DNA from: Deltaproteobacteria bacterium
GTDB lineage: Bacteria > Myxococcota_A > UBA9160 > SZUA-336
Assembly (NCBI GenBank): GCA_004356455.1
Contig: SMWZ01000118.1
Coordinates: forward strand, 1 to 44,140
Reading direction: 5' to 3'
Length of the DNA: 44,140 nucleotides
Of the stretch, positions 27,878 to 36,966 are shown piece by piece. The notes beneath the pieces are model-generated. The model saw only the letters and a program-made list of their open reading frames with translations, did not search any database and was not told the origin of the DNA. Within the stretch, counting starts at the first letter, position 1. Each line of letters starts with the position of its first letter. Position numbers and translations under genes: made by a program.

Positions 27878-29719
27878 CTAGGGCAAGGCGGGCGCGCAGA
27901 TCTGCGCGACGCCCGGACCCAGTGTTTCGCGCGCGCGCGTCAGCACCACGAGATCGAGGACATCGCACTCGGCCGCCCCCGATTTCCCCGCCACGTTACA
28001 CTTGTCGGGGAAGGGTAAAGCCAGCGCCGGCTCAGCCAGGAACAGGCGAACCGCGTCGACATCGCTTTGCAGCACCTTTCCATCGCCGTCCACATCGCCA
28101 CACTGGCACGGGTCTCCCACGCCGTCGGGCAGGGAGCTCTCGACGCCTCCCGAGTCGGGCTGGGGCGGCGTGCCGTTGGGGTGGACGGGGCAGTTGTCGA
28201 CGGCGTCCTCCGTTCCGTCCGCGTCGTAATCGCCCGTCGCCGGCGAGAGCGCTCCCAGCAGCCGCGCACGCGTAACAACCCCGTCCGGCGCGAGCGTGAG
28301 CCAGATGACGTCGCTGCCGTCCACACCCGCGACCGAGTTCGTGTGCACGAGCATGGGTCCGGGGCAGCACTCGTCTCCGAAGCCGCCCGAGGGTGGCGCG
28401 GCAACCTCGGTCTCGGCAGGACCGAAACGCGACGGTAGCAGCGGGTGCGGACGCTCCAGGTTGCGAGGATCGAAGGCGAGCACGCCCAGACCCCCATCGT
28501 TGAAGGAGGTGGCCACGATGAAGTCCCCCGAGGCCCCGAACCGAACCTCGACCACGAACCCCGCGGTCCCCGCTGCGCCCGATGGCGGCGGCAGTGCGAT
28601 CGGATTCTCGAACCCGCGGATCACGCGCTTGCGCAGACAGGGCACGCCACCCGCCTCGGCACCCATCACGTCATTACAGGACGGACGCTGCAGCGTCGGG
28701 TCGAGGTCGGGTCGCGGCAGGTCCTGAAGCCCGCGAATGTCCACCGCAAACAGGGCCCGCAGCGTTTGTGAGCCCACCACCGCCACCGAGCCCGTGGGAT
28801 CGATGGCGAGCGAGAGGCCGCCAGGGTTGACCTTGCCCAGCGGGAAGGACCCCACGATCGTCGCCGCAACCGGATCGATGACGTCGATGCTCCCGACCCC
28901 GGTGACCAGCGGCGGAACGGCCACGTCGAGAAGTCCGCTGTTCGTGACGGCCACCAGTCCTCCGGGGAGCGCGGTCAACGCGGTAGGATTGGGGTCCGAG
29001 GTGACGATGAAGGGCGGCGTGGCGGGCTCGATACTCGTCTGCGGTCCCGAGTCGTCGATATCAAACAGTAAAACGGTGCCGGGATTGAGAATCGGGTTGC
29101 TGCCCACGCGCTCGAAATTGGAGGTGCTCACGAGCAGACGACTCCCGACCCGAAGCACGTCGCTGGTCAAGCTCGTGTCGAAGCCCGTGATCGCAGTCCC
29201 AGTTCCGTCGGAATCGTAGGTCGTGAACGAGCCCGCGATACAGCGCTTGGTGGGCACGGAGCGTCTCGACTCGCCCTGGTAGATGACGGGCCAGTCCGCG
29301 CCCGTCGAGCTGTTGAACGGTACGACCAACTCGCAGTTGGAGGTCGTGACCCAGCCCCGCGTCAGGCTCCCGTCCATGGGATCGAGGTAGAGGTTTCCCA
29401 GCGTGCCAAAGTCGAAGCCCGTGGGATCGCCGCAGTTCGCGAGCGACTCGCTGCAGTTGAGGTTGGCCGGCAGGATGTAGACGGGATCGGCGAAGTCGAG
29501 CGCGACGCCGGGCGTGATCCCGATTCCGAAGACGCCCGGTACCACTGCCGCGCAGGACACGAAGGCCAGGTCCGGATCGAATGGATGCGCCTCGATTGCG
29601 GGCGGTGCGGGACAGAAGAGCGGAAGCGTATCGACGGCCTCCACGCCCGGCTGCAGCACTACGCCGAACGCCTCGAGCGGAATCAGCGCAAGCAGCAGCG
29701 GCAGGCCCGGCGCGCGCAT
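27878..29719 (-). CDS. Secreted beta-propeller-like protein with C-terminal thrombospondin type-3 repeats and dockerin-like domain
   Basis: Signal peptide; YncE-like blades (NPTAL..VAVTNSG, GSIDVIDP, LAIDPTG); DADGTEDAVDNCP...DGVGDPC; CGDVDGDG...DV; TGATG overlap with the receptor gene. Confidence 0.7.
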   Translation of the reverse strand: MRAPGLPLLLALIPLEAFGVVLQPGVEAVDTLPLFCPAPPAIEAHPFDPDLAFVSCAAVVPGVFGIGITPGVALDFADPVYILPANLNCSESLANCGDPTGFDFGTLGNLYLDPMDGSLTRGWVTTSNCELVVPFNSSTGADWPVIYQGESRRSVPTKRCIAGSFTTYDSDGTGTAITGFDTSLTSDVLRVGSRLLVSTSNFERVGSNPILNPGTVLLFDIDDSGPQTSIEPATPPFIVTSDPNPTALTALPGGLVAVTNSGLLDVAVPPLVTGVGSIDVIDPVAATIVGSFPLGKVNPGGLSLAIDPTGSVAVVGSQTLRALFAVDIRGLQDLPRPDLDPTLQRPSCNDVMGAEAGGVPCLRKRVIRGFENPIALPPPSGAAGTAGFVVEVRFGASGDFIVATSFNDGGLGVLAFDPRNLERPHPLLPSRFGPAETEVAAPPSGGFGDECCPGPMLVHTNSVAGVDGSDVIWLTLAPDGVVTRARLLGALSPATGDYDADGTEDAVDNCPVHPNGTPPQPDSGGVESSLPDGVGDPCQCGDVDGDGKVLQSDVDAVRLFLAEPALALPFPDKCNVAGKSGAAECDVLDLVVLTRARETLGPGVAQICAPALP

Positions 29720-31758
29720 CAGCGCGGAGCCAGGCGCAGGCGCATATACCACAGCGTGTCATCCGGCAGTGGCAAACCGAGCGAATCCACTCGCTGCTCG
29801 CCCGTCAGGTTGATCCACTCGAAGCTCAGCGTAAGGTTCTCCGGGACCCAGGCCAGGCCCGGGAGGTCGGACGGACGCAGGCTGATGCCGGCATCGAGTT
29901 GGGTCGCGCTATCTACCTTGAACCTCCCGCCTGCGTTCAGAAAGAGGTCGTCCTCGTGGGTGAACTCCACCCACAGCCGGTTGCCCGCAAGGCGCAGCGC
30001 GGCCCGACCGAAGAGCTGGTTGCGCGGCGAGTGCGGCAGCGGATTTCCCGTGCTCTTGATCTCGGTATCCAGATAGGTGTAGTTCCCGCCCAGCTCCAGG
30101 CGGTTCCAGAGCGTGAGTGAGCCGCGCAGCTCGTAGCCACGGGCCTCTGCCTGACCGGTGTTGCGTGGCACGAAGCTGTTGTTGAACTGGACCCACTCGA
30201 TGGCCTGCTCGATGTCCCTGTGAAAGAACACGCCCTCCAGGCGCAGCTGAGCGAGGGGCCCCCAGCCGTGGTTCGAGAACTCCAAGCCCACGTCGAAGTT
30301 CCAGCTCTGCTCGGGCTCGAGCTCCGGGTTGCCGCGAATGAAGCCGTAATCAGGATGAAAGAGCTCTGCGAAGGTCGGGCGGCGGTAGGCGCGTAGGTAG
30401 TTCGTCTTCAGCCGCAGACCAGGCGCAAGCCGCAGGATGGCGCCGATCTGGGGGAGCCACTCGCTACCGTCATCGACGTCGACCTCCTCGAATCCCTTGA
30501 ACTGCGCGGAGCGAACCTGGCCCGAGCTCGTATCGGCCAGCTCCAGACCGAGTGCGGGCAGCAGACGCAGGCGTCCACCGAAGAGCCGCACTTCCGACTG
30601 GGTGAAGAGGTTGCCCACCCAGCGCCGCTTGGAATCCACGTCATCGGTGCGCACGCGTTCGATTCGCACGCTCGAGACCGCACGATTCACCAGCCACGCA
30701 CGGCCGAGCCGTACAGGCTCCCCGATATAGTTCAGCTCGATACCGGTTTGCGTGTCGGTCGACTGCGAACGTGTACGATCGGGGAAGAGCCTGGCCGGAA
30801 AAAAGCCGCAGCGCTGGCCATCGTCGTGCAGCTCCGAGTACTCGTAGCGGTGGTAAACGGAGGCCTTGAACGCACCCGGGCCCAGCGCGCGATCGCTCCA
30901 GCCGAGGCTGAACACCGCGCGCCGGAACTGCTCCTCGCCATCGACGCAGCTCAGCTGCTCGTCCGTGACATCTCTGCGGGGGACGCCCAGCGTACCTCCA
31001 GGCTGGCCGTTGTCCTTACGCGAGAAGCGCAGAATCGCCGACGCCTCCGAGGTGGGGCCCGTGTCGAGGTAGGATGAGAGCAGGCCCGTCTCGCGTACAA
31101 AATCCGCGTTGAGACGTGTGTGACGCTCGTTCTGTGCCAGATCCTGGATCCCGCCGTCGCCCTCGATCAGATCGAAGTCGAAGTCATTCTGGCTGCGCAG
31201 TCGGCTGTAGGCGAGGGAGCTGCGCACGCGCTCGCCGTTGAGGGAGAGCAGCAGATCGGCCCCCAGGGTCTCGTAGCTCCCGGTCGTAGCTGACACATCC
31301 ACAGCACCCTCTTGAGCCGGCGCGCGGCTGGTGATCGAGATCACGCCGCCCATGGCATCGCTGCCGTAGCGTGCCGCGCCACCGCCGCGAATGACCTCGA
31401 TCCGCTCGATGGTACGCAGCGACAAGCTCGAGAGATCCACGCCGCCGCGCAGCGTCGAGTTGAGCCGCACGCCGTCCATGAGCACCAGCACCTGCTCCGA
31501 CTTCGCCCCGCGGATCGAGGCCGTGCTGTGCGCACCCAGCCCGCCGAAGCGCCGCACGCGCATGCCCGCCGCGTGATGCAGCACATCCTCGACGCTCTCG
31601 AAGCGATCGTCGTACTCCCGGGCCTCGATCACCGTGACGAAGGCCGAGGGAGCCTCAACCGCCTCCGGAAACTCCTGGGCGTGGACCGCGGCGGCCAGGG
31701 CCGCGAGGATTAGAAGCGCGAGTACAGGGGTGGCGCGCTGTGCCGGTGGGGAACGCAT
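29719..31758 (-). CDS. btuB: TonB-dependent receptor, BtuB-like cobalamin transporter
   Basis: Plug motifs (SIRGA..EQVLVLMDGV, IERIEVIRG..YGSDAMGGVISI), barrel motifs (RRPTFAEL, GNPELEPE); cobalamin riboswitch directly upstream. Confidence 0.85.
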   Translation of the reverse strand: MRSPPAQRATPVLALLILAALAAAVHAQEFPEAVEAPSAFVTVIEAREYDDRFESVEDVLHHAAGMRVRRFGGLGAHSTASIRGAKSEQVLVLMDGVRLNSTLRGGVDLSSLSLRTIERIEVIRGGGAARYGSDAMGGVISITSRAPAQEGAVDVSATTGSYETLGADLLLSLNGERVRSSLAYSRLRSQNDFDFDLIEGDGGIQDLAQNERHTRLNADFVRETGLLSSYLDTGPTSEASAILRFSRKDNGQPGGTLGVPRRDVTDEQLSCVDGEEQFRRAVFSLGWSDRALGPGAFKASVYHRYEYSELHDDGQRCGFFPARLFPDRTRSQSTDTQTGIELNYIGEPVRLGRAWLVNRAVSSVRIERVRTDDVDSKRRWVGNLFTQSEVRLFGGRLRLLPALGLELADTSSGQVRSAQFKGFEEVDVDDGSEWLPQIGAILRLAPGLRLKTNYLRAYRRPTFAELFHPDYGFIRGNPELEPEQSWNFDVGLEFSNHGWGPLAQLRLEGVFFHRDIEQAIEWVQFNNSFVPRNTGQAEARGYELRGSLTLWNRLELGGNYTYLDTEIKSTGNPLPHSPRNQLFGRAALRLAGNRLWVEFTHEDDLFLNAGGRFKVDSATQLDAGISLRPSDLPGLAWVPENLTLSFEWINLTGEQRVDSLGLPLPDDTLWYMRLRLAPR

Positions 31759-31798
31759 TTTCGACTCCCTCCTCGGAGAGCGGACTTCCGTCCTTCCA

Positions 31799-31957
31799 CC
31801 CCGGCAGGTCTCCTGGCTGAGGGGTCGAGCGCTTGCGGCCGAGCCTTCCCCGATCGGCGATCGAGTGGCGTGTTTCGGCGAAGCTTCCCCATCACAGTGG
31901 CGGGACCACGGCCGATTCTCACGGCCTTCCCTTTTGAGTCCGAAATGGACACCGGAG
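31799..31957 (-). promoter_or_regulatory. Cobalamin riboswitch upstream of btuB
   Basis: Minus strand: GGTG..AAAGGGAA-GGCCGTGAGAATCGGCC-GTGGTCCCGCCACTGTGA..GCCACT..GGGAAGG..AGCCAGGAGACCTGCC (B12 box); anti-SD CTCTCC next to RBS GGAGGGAG. Confidence 0.93.
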
Positions 31958-31989
31958 TCAGTGGATCGCTACCACCCGAGGTGCGGTGC

Positions 31990-32040
31990 TGTCAACTCCA
32001 GGCACCGAAGTTGACGGGGCGAAGCCGGCTGCGCTAGAAA
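31990..32040. promoter_or_regulatory. Back-to-back sigma70-type -35 elements for the two riboswitch leaders
   Basis: TTGACA on minus strand (31995-31990); TTGACG-N18-TAGAAA on plus strand (32011-32040); the minus-strand -10 is weak. Confidence 0.45.
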
Positions 32041-32055
32041 GGAGATCACATAGCC

Positions 32056-32257
32056 GTGGATGGTGTCCCTCGAGCGGACGCTCGAGGGCAGCTCCCGCCC
32101 GGAACCTTGACGGGGGGAGCTGCGGGAAGCCGGTGAGAATCCGGCGCGAGCCCGTCGCTGTGACCGGGGACGAGCGTCGAGTAATACCACTGGCCCGCTC
32201 AGGGCTGGGAAGGTTCGGCGCTCGCGGGATCCGGGAGCCAGAAGACCGGCCAGCCAC
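32056..32257 (+). promoter_or_regulatory. Cobalamin riboswitch upstream of the PEP-CTERM gene
   Basis: GGTG..CGGGAA-GCCGGTGAGAATCCGGC-GCGAGCCCGTCGCTGTGA..ACCACTG..GGGAAGG..GAGCCAGAAGACCGGCC; downstream hairpin TTCTC-CGAGGTC-GAGAA over the RBS region. Confidence 0.92.
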
Positions 32258-32293
32258 ATCGGATTTGCGTTTCTCCGAGGTCGAGAAGGCAGA

Positions 32294-33097
32294 ATGATGC
32301 ACGCCCCCAGAACCCTCTTCGCATTCCCCCTGATCCTCCAGCTGGCGCTCGCGGCCACCTCGTACGCGACCCCCTTTGCCACCCGCGTCGTGGACTTCAC
32401 CCCGGGCACGAACGGCAGCGCTGGCTTCGACGACCCCGGCGTGGCGCTCGGAATCCCGAGCCTGGACACCGGATTCGGGGACGTAACGCCCTTCAACGCG
32501 CCCTTCTCACCGGATCAGATCGTCTCCATCGGCGCGGGCGGCGAGCTCATCGTAAGTTTCACGGAGCCCGTCGAGGACAACCCACTTAATCCCTTCGGGA
32601 TCGATCTTCTCATCTACGGCAACGCCTTCTTCTTCGACCCGAGCTTCGCGCCCATCGCGAACGACATCTTCGCTGAGCCCGGACGGATCAGCGTGAGCCA
32701 GGACGGGGCTTCGTGGTTCGACATCACGAGCATCTTCGCCGACGGACTCTTCCCCACGCTGGCCTTCGTCGACGGCTCGGGCCCGTTCAGCAGCGACGGC
32801 ACGATCCTGTCGGACTTCACCCGGCCTGTGGATCCCTCCATCGATTGGATGGGCAAGGCCTTCGACGAGATCGTCCAGCTCTACGCGGGGGCTGGCGGCG
32901 GGGCCGGCGTCGATATCGCCGAGACGGGCCTACCGTGGATTCAGTTCGTGCGTATCTCGCAGGGCATCGACGACGCGTTCGCGACGGAGATCGATGCCTT
33001 CGCCGATGTGCGACCGGTGCCCGAGCCAACGGTGCTGCTGCTGCTCTGCGTCGGACTCGCGGGCCTGGGCCTGCTGCGCCGCGCCGCTCAGGCGTAA
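32294..33097 (+). CDS. PEP-CTERM (exosortase-sorted) cell-surface protein
   Basis: Signal peptide; C-terminal VPEP + hydrophobic helix + RR; body VSIGAGGELIVSF...DLLIYGNAF...EPGRISVSQDG. Confidence 0.9.
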   Translation: MMHAPRTLFAFPLILQLALAATSYATPFATRVVDFTPGTNGSAGFDDPGVALGIPSLDTGFGDVTPFNAPFSPDQIVSIGAGGELIVSFTEPVEDNPLNPFGIDLLIYGNAFFFDPSFAPIANDIFAEPGRISVSQDGASWFDITSIFADGLFPTLAFVDGSGPFSSDGTILSDFTRPVDPSIDWMGKAFDEIVQLYAGAGGGAGVDIAETGLPWIQFVRISQGIDDAFATEIDAFADVRPVPEPTVLLLLCVGLAGLGLLRRAAQA

Positions 33098-33099
33098 CT

Positions 33100-34329
33100 C
33101 TAGATCACCCCCGCCTCGCGCAGGCGGCGTCGTTCGGCCTCGTCGAAACCACACTGGGCCAGGATCTCGTCCGTGTGGGCGCCGAGCGCCGGCGCACCGC
33201 TGCGTACGGCCGTGGGCGTGCGCGAGAACTTCGTAGCCGGTCCGGTCACGGGTGCAATGCTACCGTCCTCCTGCGGGGTGGATTGGAGCATGTCGCGCTC
33301 GAGCACGTGGGGATCGCGCGCGGCCTCGGCATAGGTACGTACCGGCGCCACCGCCAGGCCCTCCGCCTTGAAGAGCGAGACCACCTCGTCGACCGGGCGT
33401 GTTTCGAGCCAGTTTGCAAGCAACTCGTTGACCTCGTCACGCCGCTCCACGCGTGCGCGGGGCGTCGCGTAGTCGGGGTGATCCGCCAGCTCGGGACGGC
33501 CGATTAGACGCGCCAGCCTCTTCCAGTGCGAGTCCAGCAGCACGCCCGCCATCACGTGGCCATCGCGGCAGCGGTATACGTTCGCGGGCGCGGCGACCAC
33601 GAACTGGCTTCCCATACGTCGGGGCGGAGCGCCCAGCGCGGCCAGGGTCAGGTACCCATTCGACTGGAAGAGCAGCGCGTCCAGCAGCGCGACATCAATG
33701 TGCTGCCCCTCTCCCGTTCGATCGCGATGGCGCAGCGCCGCCAGCGCCGCGACGGCGCCGTGCAGGCCCCCAAGGTCGTCCGCGAGGAAGGTCGGCGACT
33801 TGACCGGTACGCCATCGGCTTCACCGTTCAGCGAGATGAAGCCGCTCGCGGCCTGCGCGGCGGGGTCGTAGCCCGCCTGGTCGTGCTCGGGCCCGAACTG
33901 ACCGTAGCCGCTGATCGAAACGTAGACGATGTCGGGCTTTGCGGCGCGCAGGTCCGCATAGCCCAGGCCCCAGCGCGCCATCGTGCCCGGTCGGAAGTTC
34001 TCCACCACCACGTCCGCGCGAGCCGCGAGCCGCAGAAAAACCTCTGCTCCCTCTCGCCGCCGCAGGTCGAGCGTGAGACTCCGCTTGTTGCGGTTGACGG
34101 TCGTATGCATGCAGGAGAGCTGAGGCTGCGGACCGGGAAGGAAGGGCGGTAGACGACGCGCCACCTCGCCCTCTGGCAGCTCCGCCTTGATCACGTCCGC
34201 GCCGAGGTCGGCAAGCACGCATGCGCACATGGGTCCCGCCCAGGTGGTGGTGGCCTCGAGCACACGCAGCCCGGCGATGGGTCCGGGGAGATCGCGGCGT
34301 GCGTTGCGATAGAACTCGCTCTTCTCCAC
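33100..34329 (-). CDS. CaiB/BaiF family (class III) CoA-transferase
   Basis: AGPMCACVLADLGADVIK, NRNKRS, ENFRPG, ISGYGQFGP, GEGQHID, APALGAHT. Confidence 0.93.
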   Translation of the reverse strand: MEKSEFYRNARRDLPGPIAGLRVLEATTTWAGPMCACVLADLGADVIKAELPEGEVARRLPPFLPGPQPQLSCMHTTVNRNKRSLTLDLRRREGAEVFLRLAARADVVVENFRPGTMARWGLGYADLRAAKPDIVYVSISGYGQFGPEHDQAGYDPAAQAASGFISLNGEADGVPVKSPTFLADDLGGLHGAVAALAALRHRDRTGEGQHIDVALLDALLFQSNGYLTLAALGAPPRRMGSQFVVAAPANVYRCRDGHVMAGVLLDSHWKRLARLIGRPELADHPDYATPRARVERRDEVNELLANWLETRPVDEVVSLFKAEGLAVAPVRTYAEAARDPHVLERDMLQSTPQEDGSIAPVTGPATKFSRTPTAVRSGAPALGAHTDEILAQCGFDEAERRRLREAGVI

Positions 34330-35556
34330 CTAGCGTTCCCCGCGCTTGATCTGCAGCGAAAGGCCCGCCCGCTCCACCGACACCCCCCCGCGCTCGAGCG
34401 CTTGCCGGCCAAAGCGATCCTGCACCGCATCGACCACCTGGTTCAAGCGCCGCCGTCGCGGGTCCTCCCCCTCGGAAGGAAGCAGCGCGAGCTGCTCCGC
34501 GTCCGACGGCTCCAGCCGACTGAGGGAAATCCCCAGCAGGCGTACGGGCTCCTGCAGCTCCGCGCGAGCGAGAAGCTTCGCTGCCGCACGCGCGATCAGC
34601 CGGCCGTCATCGGTCGCAACGGGCAACGTGAGCGAGCGCGAGAGCAGCGGATAGCGGCCGCCGCCAAGACGCCGTGCGAGCTTGAGCTTCAACGTCACAC
34701 GGCGTCCCCGAATGCGATCTCGACGCAGCCGCCGAGCCACCGCCTCGGCGTGAGCGCGGCAGGCAGCTGCGAGCCGCGCAGGCTTCGAGACGTCCTCGGC
34801 GAAGGTGTTCTCTTCACCGTAGGACTTGGCCTCGCGGTAGGGCTCCACCTCGCGTAGATCCTGCCCACGGGCCAGACGGGCGGCCACGGGCCCCCAGCTC
34901 CCCATCAGCTCGCGCAGCAGGAAATCCGGCGCGAGCGCAAGCTGACCGATGGTATCGATTCCCCGCTGCGTCAGGGACTGCCGGGCCACCGGACCTACGC
35001 CCCAGATCCGTCCCACGGGCAATGGGTCCAGAAACTCCCGAACGCGCTCGGCATCCACCACCAATAGACCGTCGGGCTTCGCGAGATCGCTGGCGATCTT
35101 GGCCACCATCTTCACCGGCGCCACGCCCACCGACACGGCCAGCTGAAGCTCCCTGCGCACATCGGCGCGCAGGCGCTTCGCCGCATCCTCGACCGGGCCC
35201 AATAACTTCTCGGTTCCGCTGAGATCAAGGAAGGCCTCGTCGAGCGACAGACCCTCCACACGCGGGCTGTAGCGCCGGAAGATCTCGAAGATCCTGCGGC
35301 TCTCCCGGCGGTACTTGGCCATGTCACCGCGTACGAAGATGGCCCGCGGGCAGCGCCGGCGAGCCTCCACCGATGGCATGGCCGAGTGGATGCCGTACGC
35401 GCGAGCCTCGTAGCTGGCGGCCGCCACCACACCGCGCGAGGAGGCGCCCCCGACGACCACGGGCTGACCGCGCAGCTCGGGACGATCCCGCTGCTCGACG
35501 GAAGCGTAGAAAGCATCCATGTCGGCGTGGAGCAGGGTGCGCATGGCCTCGGGCAT
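34330..35556 (-). CDS. dinB: DNA polymerase IV
   Basis: HADMDAFYASVEQRD, AASYEAR, SLDEAFLD, KIASDLAKPDG, IWGVG; start may be 35544. Confidence 0.95.
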   Translation of the reverse strand: MPEAMRTLLHADMDAFYASVEQRDRPELRGQPVVVGGASSRGVVAAASYEARAYGIHSAMPSVEARRRCPRAIFVRGDMAKYRRESRRIFEIFRRYSPRVEGLSLDEAFLDLSGTEKLLGPVEDAAKRLRADVRRELQLAVSVGVAPVKMVAKIASDLAKPDGLLVVDAERVREFLDPLPVGRIWGVGPVARQSLTQRGIDTIGQLALAPDFLLRELMGSWGPVAARLARGQDLREVEPYREAKSYGEENTFAEDVSKPARLAAACRAHAEAVARRLRRDRIRGRRVTLKLKLARRLGGGRYPLLSRSLTLPVATDDGRLIARAAAKLLARAELQEPVRLLGISLSRLEPSDAEQLALLPSEGEDPRRRRLNQVVDAVQDRFGRQALERGGVSVERAGLSLQIKRGER

Positions 35557-35592
35557 GATGATAAGCCCTCACTCTGCCGATACGAGCGTGCG

Positions 35593-36471
35593 ATGGCAGT
35601 GAGGTCGCCCAGGTGCGGGCGGAATACGCACCCGCCAGAGGACCCGCCAGCCTCCCCGGATCCCAACGCTCTGATGATCGCGGATCGCCTGGCCTCCCTG
35701 GGGACGCTCGTGGCAGGCGTGGCGCACGAGATCAACAACCCCATCACCTACGTGCTGGGTAACCTGGGGGATCTGGACCGGCTCGTCGGTGCGATGCGAG
35801 AGGCGATCCTGACCTACCGTGGCAGCACCACCCCGGACGTGATCGCGAGCGCCGAGACCAAGATCTTCCAGGCCGGCGGGCTCGAGGTCCTGGACGAGAT
35901 CCTGTCGGACGCGCAGGAGGGGGCGGTCCGGATCCGAGATCTGGTGCGCGACCTGCTGCTGCTGAGCCGTGTCACTGAGCAAGCCTCGACACCTGTAAAC
36001 GTGCACGAGATCCTGGACTCCTCGCTGCGGCTGGTGGCGAAGCAGCTGGCCGCTCGTGCGGTTCTGGTGCGGGACTACCGCGCGACCCGCAAGGTCGCAG
36101 GCGATCGGGCCAGGCTGGCACAGGTCTTTATGAACCTCATCACCAACGCCATGCAAGCCTGCACGCCACCCGATCCTCCACGCCACAGCATTGTGGTGCG
36201 CACGCAGAACACGGACGCGGGAATCGAGCTCGAAATCCAAGACAGCGGCAACGGGATTCCGGAGGAGATCCAACACGAGATCTTTACGCCGTTCTTCACC
36301 ACCAAGGATTTAGGGGAAGGCACGGGGCTAGGTCTTTACATCAGCCGCAGGATCATCGAGCAGCACGGCGGCAGTATCAGCTTCCGCTGCCCGCCGTCAG
36401 GCGGTACCATCTTCAGAGTTCACCTGCCCGAGTGCGGAGTGCCCCCCCCACACCCCCCCCAAGAAGGCTAG
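35593..36471 (+). CDS. Soluble histidine kinase (HisKA + HATPase_c), no sensor domain
   Basis: [37 protein letters not shown]; start uncertain. Confidence 0.88.
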   Translation: MAVRSPRCGRNTHPPEDPPASPDPNALMIADRLASLGTLVAGVAHEINNPITYVLGNLGDLDRLVGAMREAILTYRGSTTPDVIASAETKIFQAGGLEVLDEILSDAQEGAVRIRDLVRDLLLLSRVTEQASTPVNVHEILDSSLRLVAKQLAARAVLVRDYRATRKVAGDRARLAQVFMNLITNAMQACTPPDPPRHSIVVRTQNTDAGIELEIQDSGNGIPEEIQHEIFTPFFTTKDLGEGTGLGLYISRRIIEQHGGSISFRCPPSGGTIFRVHLPECGVPPPHPPQEG

Positions 36472-36960
36472 ATGGCAACTCGCGAAACCGATCTACCCGG
36501 CGTTGGAACGAAGTACTCCCTCGACGTCGGAAAAGACGAGCAGCTGGTGGTCGTGCACCACCGTGTCGGTCACTGGGAGCTCGCACGGGTCGACGCCGAG
36601 GGAAAAGTCTCTCCTCTCGTTCAGCTCCAGGCCCGAGAGGCCACGGAGCTCGGCCGTATCCTGTCTCGAGGTGAGGTGCTGCAGGAGGACCCGCGCAAGC
36701 GCATGCTCTTCGAGGAGTTCGGGATCGAGTGGGTCAAGCTCGAGCCCGAGTCGTCCCTGGTGGGTCTGAGTCTCGAGGAGTCTGGTATTCGAGCCCGAAC
36801 CGGCGCGAGCGTGATCGCCGTGCTGCGGCCCGAGGGGTCCATCCCGAGCCCGTCTCCCGACACGCGCTTCGCCAACGGCGATACGCTGGTCTTGATCGGC
36901 CATCCCGACCAGATCGAGCGCTTCCTGAGCGCTTTTACCAGTCTCTCTTCCGACAAGTAG
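36472..36960 (+). CDS. KhtT/YhaT-like regulatory subunit (TrkA-C/RCK_C)
   Basis: ETDLPGVGTKY N-terminus; IRARTGASVIAV...PSPDT..GDTLVLIG. Confidence 0.88.
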   Translation: MATRETDLPGVGTKYSLDVGKDEQLVVVHHRVGHWELARVDAEGKVSPLVQLQAREATELGRILSRGEVLQEDPRKRMLFEEFGIEWVKLEPESSLVGLSLEESGIRARTGASVIAVLRPEGSIPSPSPDTRFANGDTLVLIGHPDQIERFLSAFTSLSSDK

Positions 36961-36966
36961 CTCTCA

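Noticed and set aside
31710-32302. Short ORFs across the btuB/PEP-CTERM intergenic region
   Set aside because: They overlie the two riboswitches and have no protein features
35556-35593. LexA/SOS box upstream of dinB
   Set aside because: No recognisable palindrome or known LexA motif in the short spacer
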